Assembly: GCA_002269645.1 (NCBI GenBank)
Contig: NIVC01000264.1
Span: 186,001-250,000, forward strand
Direction: 5' to 3'
Length of the DNA stretch: 64,000 nucleotides
Origin: Macrostomum lignano
Lineage: Eukaryota
This document shows positions 1 through 11,131 of this stretch, piece after piece (the stretch's first letter is position 1; each line of letters starts with the position of its first letter). The notes beneath the pieces were generated by a model. That model was not told the origin of the DNA. It saw only the letters and a list, made by a program, of their open reading frames with translations, and searched no databases. A program made the position numbers and the translations under genes.

Positions 1-222
1 AGTGGAATCACGTTATTGAAGACAGTGGCATCACGTGACTAAAGACAGTGGAATCACGTGATTAAAGACAGTGGCATCACGTGACTAAAGACAGTGGAAT
101 CACGTGATTAAAGACAGTGGCATCATGTGACTAAAGACAGTGGCATCACGTGACTAAAGACAGTGGAATCACATGATTAGACAGTGGCATCACGTGACAA
201 AAGAAATGGCGTCACGTGACTA
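1..222. repeat. 23-bp minisatellite (taaagacagtggcatcacgtgac), truncated by window edge
   Basis: Unit recurs about 9 times with 23-bp spacing (e.g. 41, 64). Confidence 0.9.
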
Positions 223-844
223 AAGAAAATGATATCAATATGAGAGCGATTATGAAGAACACGAATTCCACTTTAATCAAGGCAGTTTAGAGGTGATTAA
301 TATAATAGAATATACAGAACCTTGTGTTGACAACCTCTTACTTAGAGAATCGTCAGGGGGGTCAAAAGTCAGTCTTCTCTTCTTATTAAAATCTAAATTC
401 TACACTGAAGTAATTGAGCAAAGATATTTTCAAAAATTCATAAAAACTGAATGAAGATCAACAGAAAAGTTCAAGTATATTAAAGCTCATGAAGTTTAAC
501 AACAACATAAAATCTGATTTGAAAAAACCAATCAGACTACTCGCGAATGACAGTGAGATGCGCAAAATGGCCTACTGATTGCCAGTAGTATCGAACAAAA
601 TGAATATTGCTACAGCAAAAAGTCGTGCTGAAAATGCATTGAACGATATACTCGTATTGTTTAATTCTTGATAGAAATTGATTAAAAATCATCGATGATG
701 ACAAAAATTTTTATGATTTTTGCAACGGCTAAAAACGACAAAAACACGAAAGAGCAATTTAAGTCCCACAAGTTTTAACTTTCATTTTGTTTTAAATGAA
801 AAAATACATGCGATAGTGTAAAATATTCAAATCTAACTGTACAT

Positions 845-1420
845 AGTACATTGTCTCCCGCGCTAACCTTATCCGCCGACTCTGTCCCAATGTACATTGT
901 CACCCGCGCTAACCTTATATCTCCACTCTGTCCCAATGTACATTGTCTCCCGCGCTAACCATATTTCCACTTTGTCGCAATGTACATTGTCTCCCGCGCT
1001 AACCATATTTCCACTCTGTCCCAATGTACATTGTCACCCGCGCTAACCTTATGTCTCCACTCTGTCCCAATGTACATTGTCTCCCGCGCTAACCTTATCC
1101 GCCGACTCTGTCCCAATGTGCATTGTCTCTTGCGCTAACCTTATCCGCCGACTCTGTCCCAATGTACATTGTCTCCCGCGCTAACCTTATCTCGATTCTA
1201 TCCTAACTCCTAATGTACATTGTCTCCCGCGCTAACCTTATCCGCCGACTCTGTCCCAATGTACATTGTCTCCCGCGCTAACCTTATCCGCCGACTCTGT
1301 CCCAATGTGCATTGTCTCCCGCGCTAACCTTATCCGCCGACTCTGTCCCAATGTACATTGTCTCCCGCGCTAACCTTATCTCGATTCTATCCTAACTCCT
1401 AATGTGCATTGTCTCCCGCA
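845..1420. repeat. ~45-bp minisatellite (aatgtacattgtctcccgcgctaaccttatccgccgactctgtccc)
   Basis: About 12 tandem copies; aatgtacatt at 889, 935 and onward. Confidence 0.9.
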
Positions 1421-1650
1421 CTAATATTTCCCCGTAAAAACGCCTGAAAATCAAAAGAAATGTAAGGACACGAAGAGTCCGATCTCGAATGCCCTCGGAT
1501 AACCTAAATCGAGCTATTTTGTTCCTGATCAATTGCTAAATTCTCAAACAGCTACTGAAAGTAGAAAAAAATAACTTTTTTCACAAAACAGACAACCGGA
1601 ACCGGATTAACTACTAGCGGTTAGTAGCATTTGATTATAACAATTTTGTG

Positions 1651-2537
1651 TCAGAACTCGCCGCGTCTGACCGGGCCAGCAGCCATGTCGGCGCAGTGGG
1701 CGGGCGCGCCCGGATCGGCCGGGTCGTAGGCCAGACAGGCGGACCAGAGCGCCGCAGGCAGCAGCGCCAGCAACGACAGGGCGGCGAGGAGAGCCAGCAT
1801 GCCGGCTGGGCCGCAGGCGGAGCCGAAGCGAGCCAGGCAGAGCTGAGCAGCCAGCCAGACTGACACAAGCAGCAGGCCGGCCGCTTCTCGGCCCTCCTCG
1901 TGCGCCAGAGGATTTCTAGCTAACGACTGCTGATGTTGGTTGCCATGGAGACTGGTTGGTAGCAGGGCCGACTGGAGCAGGTAAGCGAGGCCCGACAGGC
2001 AGATGGCAGAGTGAGCCAGCATTAGCCAGCGGGTTGCGTTGTTGGCTGTTAATAAAATAAGGGAATAAAATACGGGTGAAATGTCTGCATCAGCCTACTA
2101 GCAGTAGAAATGCAAGAAAAATAACAGTTTTCAGGAGTCTGACTCACTTAAAAGCGAAGGCTTCAAGGCAAGTGCCAGCGCCAGCAGACAGGGTAACGCG
2201 TAGATGGGCTGAAGTGCGGGATATTAAAAACAATAAATACGCTATAGCTGCCTACTATTAGTAGTCTGATGCCAACAATTACTCAATTTTTTGCTGACAA
2301 ACTCACAATCCAAACCGCTGGGTCGGGATCGTTGGTCTGCACAGCGGCGCACATGAAAAACAGGCAGCTGGCCAGCAGGTTGGCGCAGCGCCAAATCCAG
2401 AACCGACCGCCGGCGCTTCCCAGCGGCTGAGAGGGTACATCATGCCCTTGCTGCTGCTGCGGCTGGCTTGAGTGCATACTGATGAGGCGAGAGTCTGGCG
2501 CTCCAGATGATGACGATGATGAATGTCGCCTAATCAT
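1651..2537 (-). CDS. TMEM220: Transmembrane protein 220 homolog, 3 exons: 2537-2307, 2208-2148, 2045-1651
   Basis: Spliced product WRCANLLASCLFFMCAAVQTNDPDPAVWI|PIYALPCLLALALALKPSLLT|NNATRWL...AHEEGREAAGLLLV matches TMEM220 motifs (WRACN...VQVNDPD...W; HEEEGRELSGL). GT-AG sites give consistent phases. Start could be 2537 or 2478. Confidence 0.85.
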
Positions 2538-2617
2538 TTTTACACATGAATTTCATAAAGTTTTGCTTGTTTGTCCGACTTTAATATGAGAGCCATTTGC
2601 AAGAGGCGAGGGCGATC

Positions 2618-3033
2618 GTAGAAGGGGGATTAGGGGAATTCTAGAAGGGGATTGGGGGAATTCTAGAAGAGGATAACCGGCGATTCTAGAAGGAAATAAG
2701 GGGCGATTCTAGAAGGGGAATCGGGGAATTCTAGAAGGGGAATCGGGGAATTCTAGAAGAGGATAAGGGGAATTCTAGAGAGAGATAAGGGGAAATTCTA
2801 GAAGGGGATTAAGGGAATTCTAGAAAGGGATAAGGGGAATTCTAGAATGGGATTAGGGGAATTCTAGAAAGGGATAGGGGGAATTCTAGAAGGGGATTAT
2901 AGAAATTCTAGAAAGGGATAAGGGGAATTCTAGAAGGGGATTATAGAAATTCCAGAAGGGGATAAGGGGCGATTCTAGAAGTGGATTAGGGGTGATTCTA
3001 GAAGGGGATAACGGGCGATTCTAGAAGGGGATA
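2618..3033. repeat. ~21-bp minisatellite (ggggaattctagaaggggata) between RMI1 and TMEM220
   Basis: About 20 copies, nearly all carrying TTCTAGAA. Confidence 0.9.
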
Positions 3034-3332
3034 AAGGACCGATTGCTAAGCTTCGATACTGGAAAAGGCTCCAGATTCCAGAAGTAAATTTTGATCAGAG
3101 CTGAACATGCGTTGCAAACCAAGGCAAGCAAAATCATGCGAATCGGCAATGTATTTTTATATGTAGAAATATTCGCAGTACTTAGCAGTACCAAAAACTG
3201 AGTAATGACAGCGAAATGCGGAAACTGGAGAGAGAAAAAAAACAACAGAAGAAAAATGCTCTGTAATTAACCGGTATGAACAGATATTGGAAACAGGCTA
3301 CTAAAAGTAGGCAGTTAGACATGTGAGACCCA

Positions 3333-6300
3333 TCAGCCAGACAGACCATCATCCCAGTCGGCTAAAAACTCGTCATCTTGAGCAGCCAGTCCAGCCTCCT
3401 GCTGCCGGCCTCCCCGCCGTTCTTGAGCCTTCCTAGCCCGGACCCGACGTCGCAGAGCATCGACGTCGGCATGAGTGACGCAGCGGAAGCGAATCGCCGT
3501 GGCCGTCTCCTGCCGGATGTCGAAAGCCAGCAGGAACAGACCGGCCATGTTGGCCAGCTGCTGCTGCATCTCCAGCAGAGCCGCTTGGCAGCGGGCCAGA
3601 GTGCCTGAGTCTCCGGAACGGCGGGCGGCATCGGCCTCGGCCGCTGTAAAGCCCAGCAGATCTGCGGGAGATGGAGCCAGCTAGGAGTTTTGAGAGGCTG
3701 AGCGCGACTCTAATTCCGGTCACAATTCATCAATATTGAGCACATTCTGGAAGCCACAAATTGATAATCAGGGCACCACACCTAGGATTTATGATCCCAC
3801 ACCTATGAATCATGATCCCACACCTAGGAATCATGATCACACACCTAGGAATCATGATCCCACACCTATGAATCATGATCCCACACCTATGAATCATGAT
3901 CCCACACCTAGGAATCATGATCCCACACCTAGGAATCATGATCCCACACCTATGAATCATGATCCCACACCTAGGAATCGTGATCCCACAATCAACGAGC
4001 AGCTACTTATATCGCATTAAAAAGTAATTTCAAATCTCTTTACTACCTGTAAGCACTCGGTCCCCCAGATTGCAGCTGATAGTGCAGGTGGCATCAGCCA
4101 GCAGACAGGGCAGGCTGTAGCCGCCGTCTCGAATCTCCAGGCGACCGCGCAGACCCATCAAGTAGCCGCGCACGGTGAACTCTCTCACCTGGGGACCGGA
4201 CTCCTCCAGCCAGGTGTAAACGTCTTTCAGGTAAACGAATGGCTCTTTGCTAGTGGGGATGCCTGCGATGTCCCGGCCTTCTGGTTGGGCTGGTGAAGGA
4301 GACAGATTGACGCGAATTAATAGAGAATGAAAGCTTTTAAAATACTCTGTCCCAAACAGACGATAGCCCATTAGATACCTCCCTTAGTCACTCATTCATT
4401 TAACAGAATGAATAATTCATTCTATCACTCGCTCATTAATTCTATCACTCACCCATTCATTCTATCACTCACCCATTCATTCTATCACCCACTCATTCAT
4501 TCTATTACCCATCCATTCTATCACCCATTCATTCTATCACCCATTCATTCTTTCACTCACTCATAACTCACTCATTCATTCATTTTATCACTCACTCTAA
4601 CTCTATCGCTCACTCATTCCATCAGTCACTCTATCACTCACTCACTCATTCATTCACAAATTATTTCATTCATTCACCCACTCTTTAATTCATACACTCA
4701 ATCATTCGGTCAGGTATTCAATCACTTACTATCTCATTCATTCACACATTTCTTCATACACCAGCCCCTCATTCATTAATTCATTCTCTCACTGCCTTAT
4801 TCACGCACTCACTCATTCACTCAGTGACAATAAATCACGAACACAGTCTCACCCGCACGCCGCTCCAGCTCCATCCTAGGCCGCTTAGTACTTGTAGAGG
4901 GGAACAGCGGCTGCCGGTCAGCGGAGGCAGACGTTGCAGCCCGGTTGGCTGACGAGGCGGCCGCCGAAGGAGCAACAGCGGCGGCTTCCAGCTCGTCGCA
5001 GTCGATGCCTTCGATAGCCTCGGCGAAGAGCAGATCGTCCGCATCGAGGACCTCTTGGACTGACATCTGGCGAGGTGGCTGGGGCTGCTGCTGTTGATAG
5101 CTTTGCTGCCGTTGGAGACTCGTTCCGCTTGATGACGGATTCATGCCTGACGCAGTCTGCCTGCGTTTTTTAGGATAGAGGCTGCGCAATCAGATAGATG
5201 CTATTTGGGATTTGGGACTAATTGATGGATGGGGATCTTTTTAGTGTTGATGGATTGGGGATTTTTCTAGTGTTGATGGATTAGGGATTTTTCTAGTGAT
5301 TTTAGATGAGGATTTTTCTAATGTTGATGGATTGGGGATTTTTCTAGTGTTGATGGATGGGGATCTTTCTATTGATTATAGATGGGGATTTTTCTAGTGT
5401 TGATGGATTGAAGATTTTCCTAGTGTTGATAGATTGGGGATTTTTTTAGAGTTGATAGATTGGGGATTTTTCTAGTGTTGATGGATTGAAGATTTTCCTA
5501 GTGTTGATAGATTGGGGATTTTTTTAGAGTTGATAGATTGGGGATTTTTCTAGTGTTGATGGATTGAAGATTTTCCTAGTGTTGATAGATTGGGGATTTT
5601 TTTAGAGTTGATAGATTGGGGATTTTTCTAGTGTTGATGGATTGGAGATTTATTTAGTGATTATAGACGTGGATTTTTCTAGTGTCAATGGACAAGACAG
5701 TTAGTTACCTGGAAGACTGCTGCTGAAGCCGCTGCCGAGGCTGAGCACTATTCTCAGCAGCATCTTCATCGTCCTCAAAGGGATCGAATCCGCCCAGCAG
5801 GTCGCGCACATTGTTCCCACCAGCCAGTAGGGAATTTCCTCGGTTAGCCGCTGAGGTGTCCGGATAAGGGCGCGACCGGATGTTGCTGGCGCCGCGGTTA
5901 TTCGCTGCAGAACTGGAAGCAGGTGGGATAGATTGGTTCCGGTTGGTTGCCATGGCATCCGGCTGGTTCCGGTTGGTTGACATGGAATTCGGCTGGTTCC
6001 GGTAGGTTGCCATGGCATCTGGTTGGTTCCGGTAGGTTGCCATGGCATCTGGCTGGTTCCAGTTGGTTGCCATGGCATCTGGCTGGTTCCGGTAGGTTGC
6101 CATGGCATCTGGCTGGTTCCGGCTGGTTGCCATGGCATCCGGCTGGTTCCGTTGCTGATGCTGCTGCTGCTGATTCCCAACGGTCGCTGGGCGGTTATTT
6201 CCGGTGTCCAAGTCGGCAAACAGGCGGTTTGCTGCATCGGCTGCTGCTGCTGCTGGCTGGCGCGGGCCTGCCTGAGAATTTGGAATACGCGGCTTGGTGC

Positions 6301-7790
6301 AGGAGTTCGCGGTACACTACTAACTATAGTAGGCTAGTTTGAAAATAAAAGTAAGATATTAAGTAAAATTAGTAAACTATCAGCCACTCAGAAAATCAAA
6401 ACTTTATTCCAACCCCTACCTGCTCCGAATCCGTGGGTTCGAATCCCAGCCGACGCAATGCCGCTAATAGCAGACTCTCCTGGCTTCGCTCGACAACCAA
6501 CTCGTCAACTTGGCCGCCCAGCACTTCAACAGACTGCGGCGAGGTCAGCATCGCGATGCCGCGCCTGACCAGCAGCGGCGGCAGCAGTCGCAGCTTACAG
6601 CCGGGCGGCAAACCAACGCTGAGCTGCGGCATCGGGCGGCACTCGACAGCCCGCAGCTGGGCGCAGCCGTCTGTCAGGGTCAGCAGCAGCATGCGGCCGC
6701 CTTTCGGCTCGTCCCAGTTGCCGCCTGCGCCGCGGTCGCCGCCGCCGCCGCCGCCACCTCCGAAGTTTCCTCCGTTTGTCTCATTTGATGTGACCTGAGG
6801 GAGATTAGGTTAGCGAATTCTAATCTCTTTTTGGATTCTTGAAATTTTGTTTAGTGATTTTAGGAATTTTGTTTGTTTACTGACCTCTAAGAGTAAAATT
6901 TTGTCATAGACTACTGAAGCTGGTTGTGTAGAATTCGGTCATAGACTACTGAAGCTGGTTGTGTAGAATTCGGTCATAGACTACTGTATCTGGCTGTGTA
7001 AAATTGCGGTCATAGACTGCTGAAGCTGGTTGTGTAGAATTCGGTCATAGACTACTGTATCTGGCTGTGTAAAATTGCGGTCATAGACTGCTGAAGCTGG
7101 TTGTGTAGAATTCGGTCATAGACTACTGTATCTGGCTGTGTAAAATTGCGGTCATAGACTGCTGAAGCTGGTTGTGTAGAATTCGGTCATAGACTACTGT
7201 ATCTGGCTGTGTAAAATTGCGGTCATAGACTGCTGAAGCTGGTTGTGTAGAATTCGGTCATAGACTACTGTATCTGGCTGTGTAAAATTGCGGTCATAGA
7301 CTACTGAAGCTGGTTGTGTAGGATTCGGTCATAGACTACTGTAGCTGCTTGTGTAGAATTGCGGTCATAGACTAAATTGGGTTTGTAGACCTTTACCATA
7401 TATATTGACTAATTGGTGTAGAACTCGGCCACAACAACTCAAGTAACAGCTCACCTCCAAATTAGCATTCTCATCGCCCCTGCATTTTCGGTACTGACTG
7501 TACAGAGACTGGCTGACATCAATCACTGACTCCAGCTGCAGCACCAGCTTCCCAGTCAGTTGCAGTTTCTCTTCACTAGCAACTTGAGCTGGCAGGGAGG
7601 GGTTCTCAAACTCGCGCAAATCCGAGTGCAGGTATTGCTCATAGAGCAGGCTGCGCAGCTCATTGGGTGCAAATTCCTCAGGCCGGCGGCCGTGCTCCTG
7701 ACAGAGCCAGTCCTCACCAGCCTCTAGCCAGCCCTGTGGCACCGCCAGGGCCTGAGCTCTGAACCAATCTGACAGAGCTGAGTAGCTTGA
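3333..7790 (-). CDS. RMI1: RecQ-mediated genome instability protein 1; exons ~7790-7455, 6794-6420, 6271-5709, 5181-4853, 4289-4047, 3661-3333 (start codon not found)
   Basis: N-terminal VPQGWLE...YEQYLHSDLREFENPSLP...LQLESVIDVSQSLYSQ; OB1 RMLLLTLTDG...VECRPMPQLSVGLPPGCKL...VEVLGGQVDEL; C-terminal OB2 EPFVYLKD...LADATCTISCNLGDRVLT|DLLGFT. Intron phases 0,0,2,1,1 join into one open frame. Confidence 0.9.
3770..3990. repeat. 21-bp intronic minisatellite (atcatgatcccacacctagga)
   Basis: About 10 copies in the last RMI1 intron; source of the NHDPTPR ORF. Confidence 0.9.
4385..4825. repeat. Degenerate (CATT/CACT)n simple repeat in an RMI1 intron
   Basis: cattcattctatcactcac-type motifs throughout. 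Confidence 0.8.
5205..5690. repeat. ~26-bp intronic minisatellite with a ~79-bp trimeric higher-order repeat
   Basis: Unit ggggatttttctagtgttgatggatt; the variant gattgaagattttcc recurs at 5406, 5484, 5562. Confidence 0.85.
5930..6150 (-). repeat. 30-bp coding minisatellite inside an RMI1 exon (RNQPDAMATx)n
   Basis: About 7-8 in-frame units within exon 6271-5709. Confidence 0.85.
6903..7373. repeat. 35/36-bp intronic minisatellite with alternating A/B units (71-bp dimer)
   Basis: ...ctgctgaagctggttgtgtagaattc alternates with ...ctactgtatctggctgtgtaaaattgc. Confidence 0.9.
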
Positions 7791-8297
7791 CAGGAAAAAT
7801 AATACATTAATAGAGATAGGCAGGGCTAGTCTTTGAGCCAGGGATTTTCAACTTTATAGCAATCTCTAGCCAGATAGTTATTGTAGTCATATTTATGATT
7901 TTTAGATGAAAGATTTGTCTAATAGCTTATTTAGAATTCCTTTATTCTATAATATATTTTTCTTGTCTAAAATTTGATAGATTATTTAGGGAAATATACA
8001 TTCCTTTGTCTATTTTAAATAGTCTATAGAAAATGTATAAAGAAAGATAGAAAAAATACAGAAAAAATTATCTTTAATAAATACATTTTATTTTATATTT
8101 TATTTTATAATTTAGCCTAGAACTAGTGCCCCTATTGGGGAGCCAATAAAAAGTTGAATTATAAATTTTTTTCAAATAAACTACAAGTGTATATGTAGGT
8201 TCTGACCTTTGCCTTGATCTTATTGCAGCCAATGGCCATTATTGTAGATAGCATTTGGTGCAGATTGGCTCTCATTATTGCAAGTATAATCTGGCAT

Positions 8298-8599
8298 CAT
8301 ACATGCGCAACCTCCAAAATTCGGTCAGCCATGCGACTTAGTTTTAACAAAAATGCGACATAGTTTTTGGCCAAAAATGTGACTTACATGTAAAAAAACA
8401 CTAAAGCAAAGTTAACGCAATTTTGGATAAACGGCAGGAGTAACTATAACTATCTTATTAAGTCAAAATGCCTCGTCAGCTACTTAGTACTACCTACTAC
8501 TTTGTAATTTTTTCAGGTAGGCATTTTTGCGACTTTCTTGATTGGCCGCCAAATTGGTCAGCCAGATTGGCCAACTTGGCCGACTGTTGCGCATGTATG
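8298..8599. mobile_element. hAT-type MITE, 302 bp
   Basis: TIR CATACATGCGCAAC / GTTGCGCATGTATG; perfect 8-bp TSD TCTGGCAT at 8290-8297 and 8600-8607. Confidence 0.85.
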
Positions 8600-9551
8600 T
8601 CTGGCATATTGGTGTGGTTTGGTGCAGGAAAAGGGGGTGTCAGTGCAATTTAGACCTTGGCTACAATAGGAAGCCTTGGTTGATTTCGAAGCAATTCCTC
8701 AAATAAACCTTGTTATCTTAGTAATTTTCTAAGTAATCTTGTATGTTCAACATGAAATTTCTTTTACTTTTAACATGATGCTTTTTCATGATATACCTAT
8801 TAAAAAAAGTTTTGAAAACCCATAGACATATGATAGCAATGCAAAAAAGTAGCTCAAATGCATGACACACAAGACAAAAGTATGAAAAATGTGATGCAAT
8901 ACAACATTGACATTGCAGATGAACTAAAATACAAAAATAATGATCTGAAAAGTTACAAAACATGGTGGGTAATGACAGAACAACCAATATAAAAACAAAA
9001 AAAAATCTGAAATTCTATACTTAAGTATCAAATAACAACTGTTATTCTTGCAATGTTGCATGTGCTATGCTTTTGGAACTGTAGCCTATCAATCGTAAAA
9101 GACATTGCATGCATTTTTTGAACCCACAATTTGACATCAAAAAAATATTTAAAATACAATAGACAACCATCTATAATTTGTTTACTTATTCTATTAGGGC
9201 ATGATATTATGTTTAAAATAGGGTTTAACAGTTATTTTATATTTGACTTGATGATTCTTTAAGTCTTGATATGATAATTCTTTTATATTAAATTATATGA
9301 TACTTCTTTTGTGGTAAATATGATGCTTCTTTTACATTTAACATAACAAGGTCTAATGATACATACATAGCAATAATAATAACAATATATGAACATTAAT
9401 AGAAAAACTATATAGTAAAATATATAATATATATATAAATGATTTAAATCATTTGACATTTAGGAATTAAGACAGAAAAGATTATAAATAAGTTGGCCTA
9501 CATTTATAAAGCTTTATAAAGATATTTAGCTTATTTAAAACTAGGCAAAAT

Positions 9552-9723
9552 CATGCTTAGATGCAACCTAGGGATTTACCTAGCCATTTTTATTGGCAAC
9601 ACATATATGTAAGTTGCTATTGGACAGAATAGCAGTCATGTGACTACTCTCAGCCAATAGTGACTTACATGTGTATGTTGCCAATAGAAACAGCCGAGTG
9701 ATTCCCAAGGTTGCGCATGTATG
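9552..9723. mobile_element. Older hairpin MITE related to the 8298 element
   Basis: Right end GGTTGCGCATGTATG; ~80-bp imperfect inverted arms; flanks GGCAAAAT / GGTAAAAT (7/8 TSD). Confidence 0.6.
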
Positions 9724-11131
9724 GGTAAAATACTTGATTAGACTTTATAAGCAAGACTCATAAGAGAATGGCGCATGACTAAAACTATTATACACTATTA
9801 TACTAAGACTACCATAGCTATTATTAGCTACTGGTACTCATATTGAGGGGAGCTACTAAAGCATTGCTATTCTTTTTGTAGGTTACTTTCTTGCAGCCTT
9901 GTCTTACTAGCTTTCCTAGGCCTACCTACTTATCTCCTTTCTAACATTATCTAATATTGGGGGCAATAACACATTGAGCCAAATTCCTTCCCTAGCTCCC
10001 TAAAGAGTGGCAGACTTGGTGTGTAGCCTAGGCCCTACTTCACAAAATGGCCTATGGCTTTAGTTTTACAAAACGACTTAGGCCAATAAATTTATAGGCC
10101 TATATCTATATTCTAAATATAACTAACAAGTCACAAGTGCAATAAAATTATATAAATGCTTGAATATCAATAAAAACATTAAATTATCTTAGAATTGAAT
10201 ATATTGAATAAGATGATTATTTCTGCATTCTGCTTAAAACCACAATGCAATGCCAATACTAACTTGGCTATTATCAAAAGGGTCTTTTTCTTACTAAAAT
10301 AACTTTTGCTTGCCACTGAAACAACTGTCATGGAATTGGAAACATCTTGTTACCAAAATGACTGTAATCTGATGAATAATACATGAATAATAATTTTTAA
10401 TAATTTGAATAATAATAGAAATCAGCCATACTCATACTCTGTACTTTGTAGTTGACTCTCCTATTTATTCATGTAGTAGTGATATAATTGTAAAAAATCT
10501 TTATAGGCTAGCGATATATAACGATATTTAATGTTAAATCACACTGAGTTACTTCTTATATATATCAGGGCTAGATATCTACTCTACTCTCTAGGCCTAC
10601 TCTGTCTAACAGTTGCTAAAAACTACAGTAACCTCTCCTCTCACTGGCACTGCTCGTCTAGAAGCATGTGATTTCGTATTTTGCTGATACTTTCCTTAAA
10701 TTTTTGGGTTTTATTGCATAAAAATATGTTAATTACAAAACCATAGTTCTAATTGATAAGCTCAGTATTTGTTTTTATCTTTACTGTCAAAGTGTAAAAA
10801 ACAAAATTTTGTTATAACCTAAAGCGAAAATCTTTAAAACTTTTGAAATTTTCGCTGACGTTAACAGACTGCACTGTGGGACTTAGGCAGTCGTATGGAA
10901 TAGTATATGCTAAGTTTTCTTTTTTTCTTTAGTCACTAATACTCTTCACTTGGAACTGAATCCCTTACCTAAATAAAATGCACTTCGCTGCTTAAAACTA
11001 TTCGACAGTCACTTCGGAAGTAATGAATTTCCAGTAGCCATTGTAAAAATCAAGCCATAATTAGCATCCGTCTACTCAGCTGTTTGTGTAAAAACTGGCT
11101 ATTGAGCAAAGTTTTATAACCTTGAAATAAT

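Noticed and set aside
240-3266. Matching peptides on the plus strand (MRAIxK at 240 and 2586, NDSEMRK at 546 and 3204, RAExAL at ~626 and ~3096)
   Set aside because: The order differs between the two sites, I could not build a consistent gene model, and matches this short can arise by chance.
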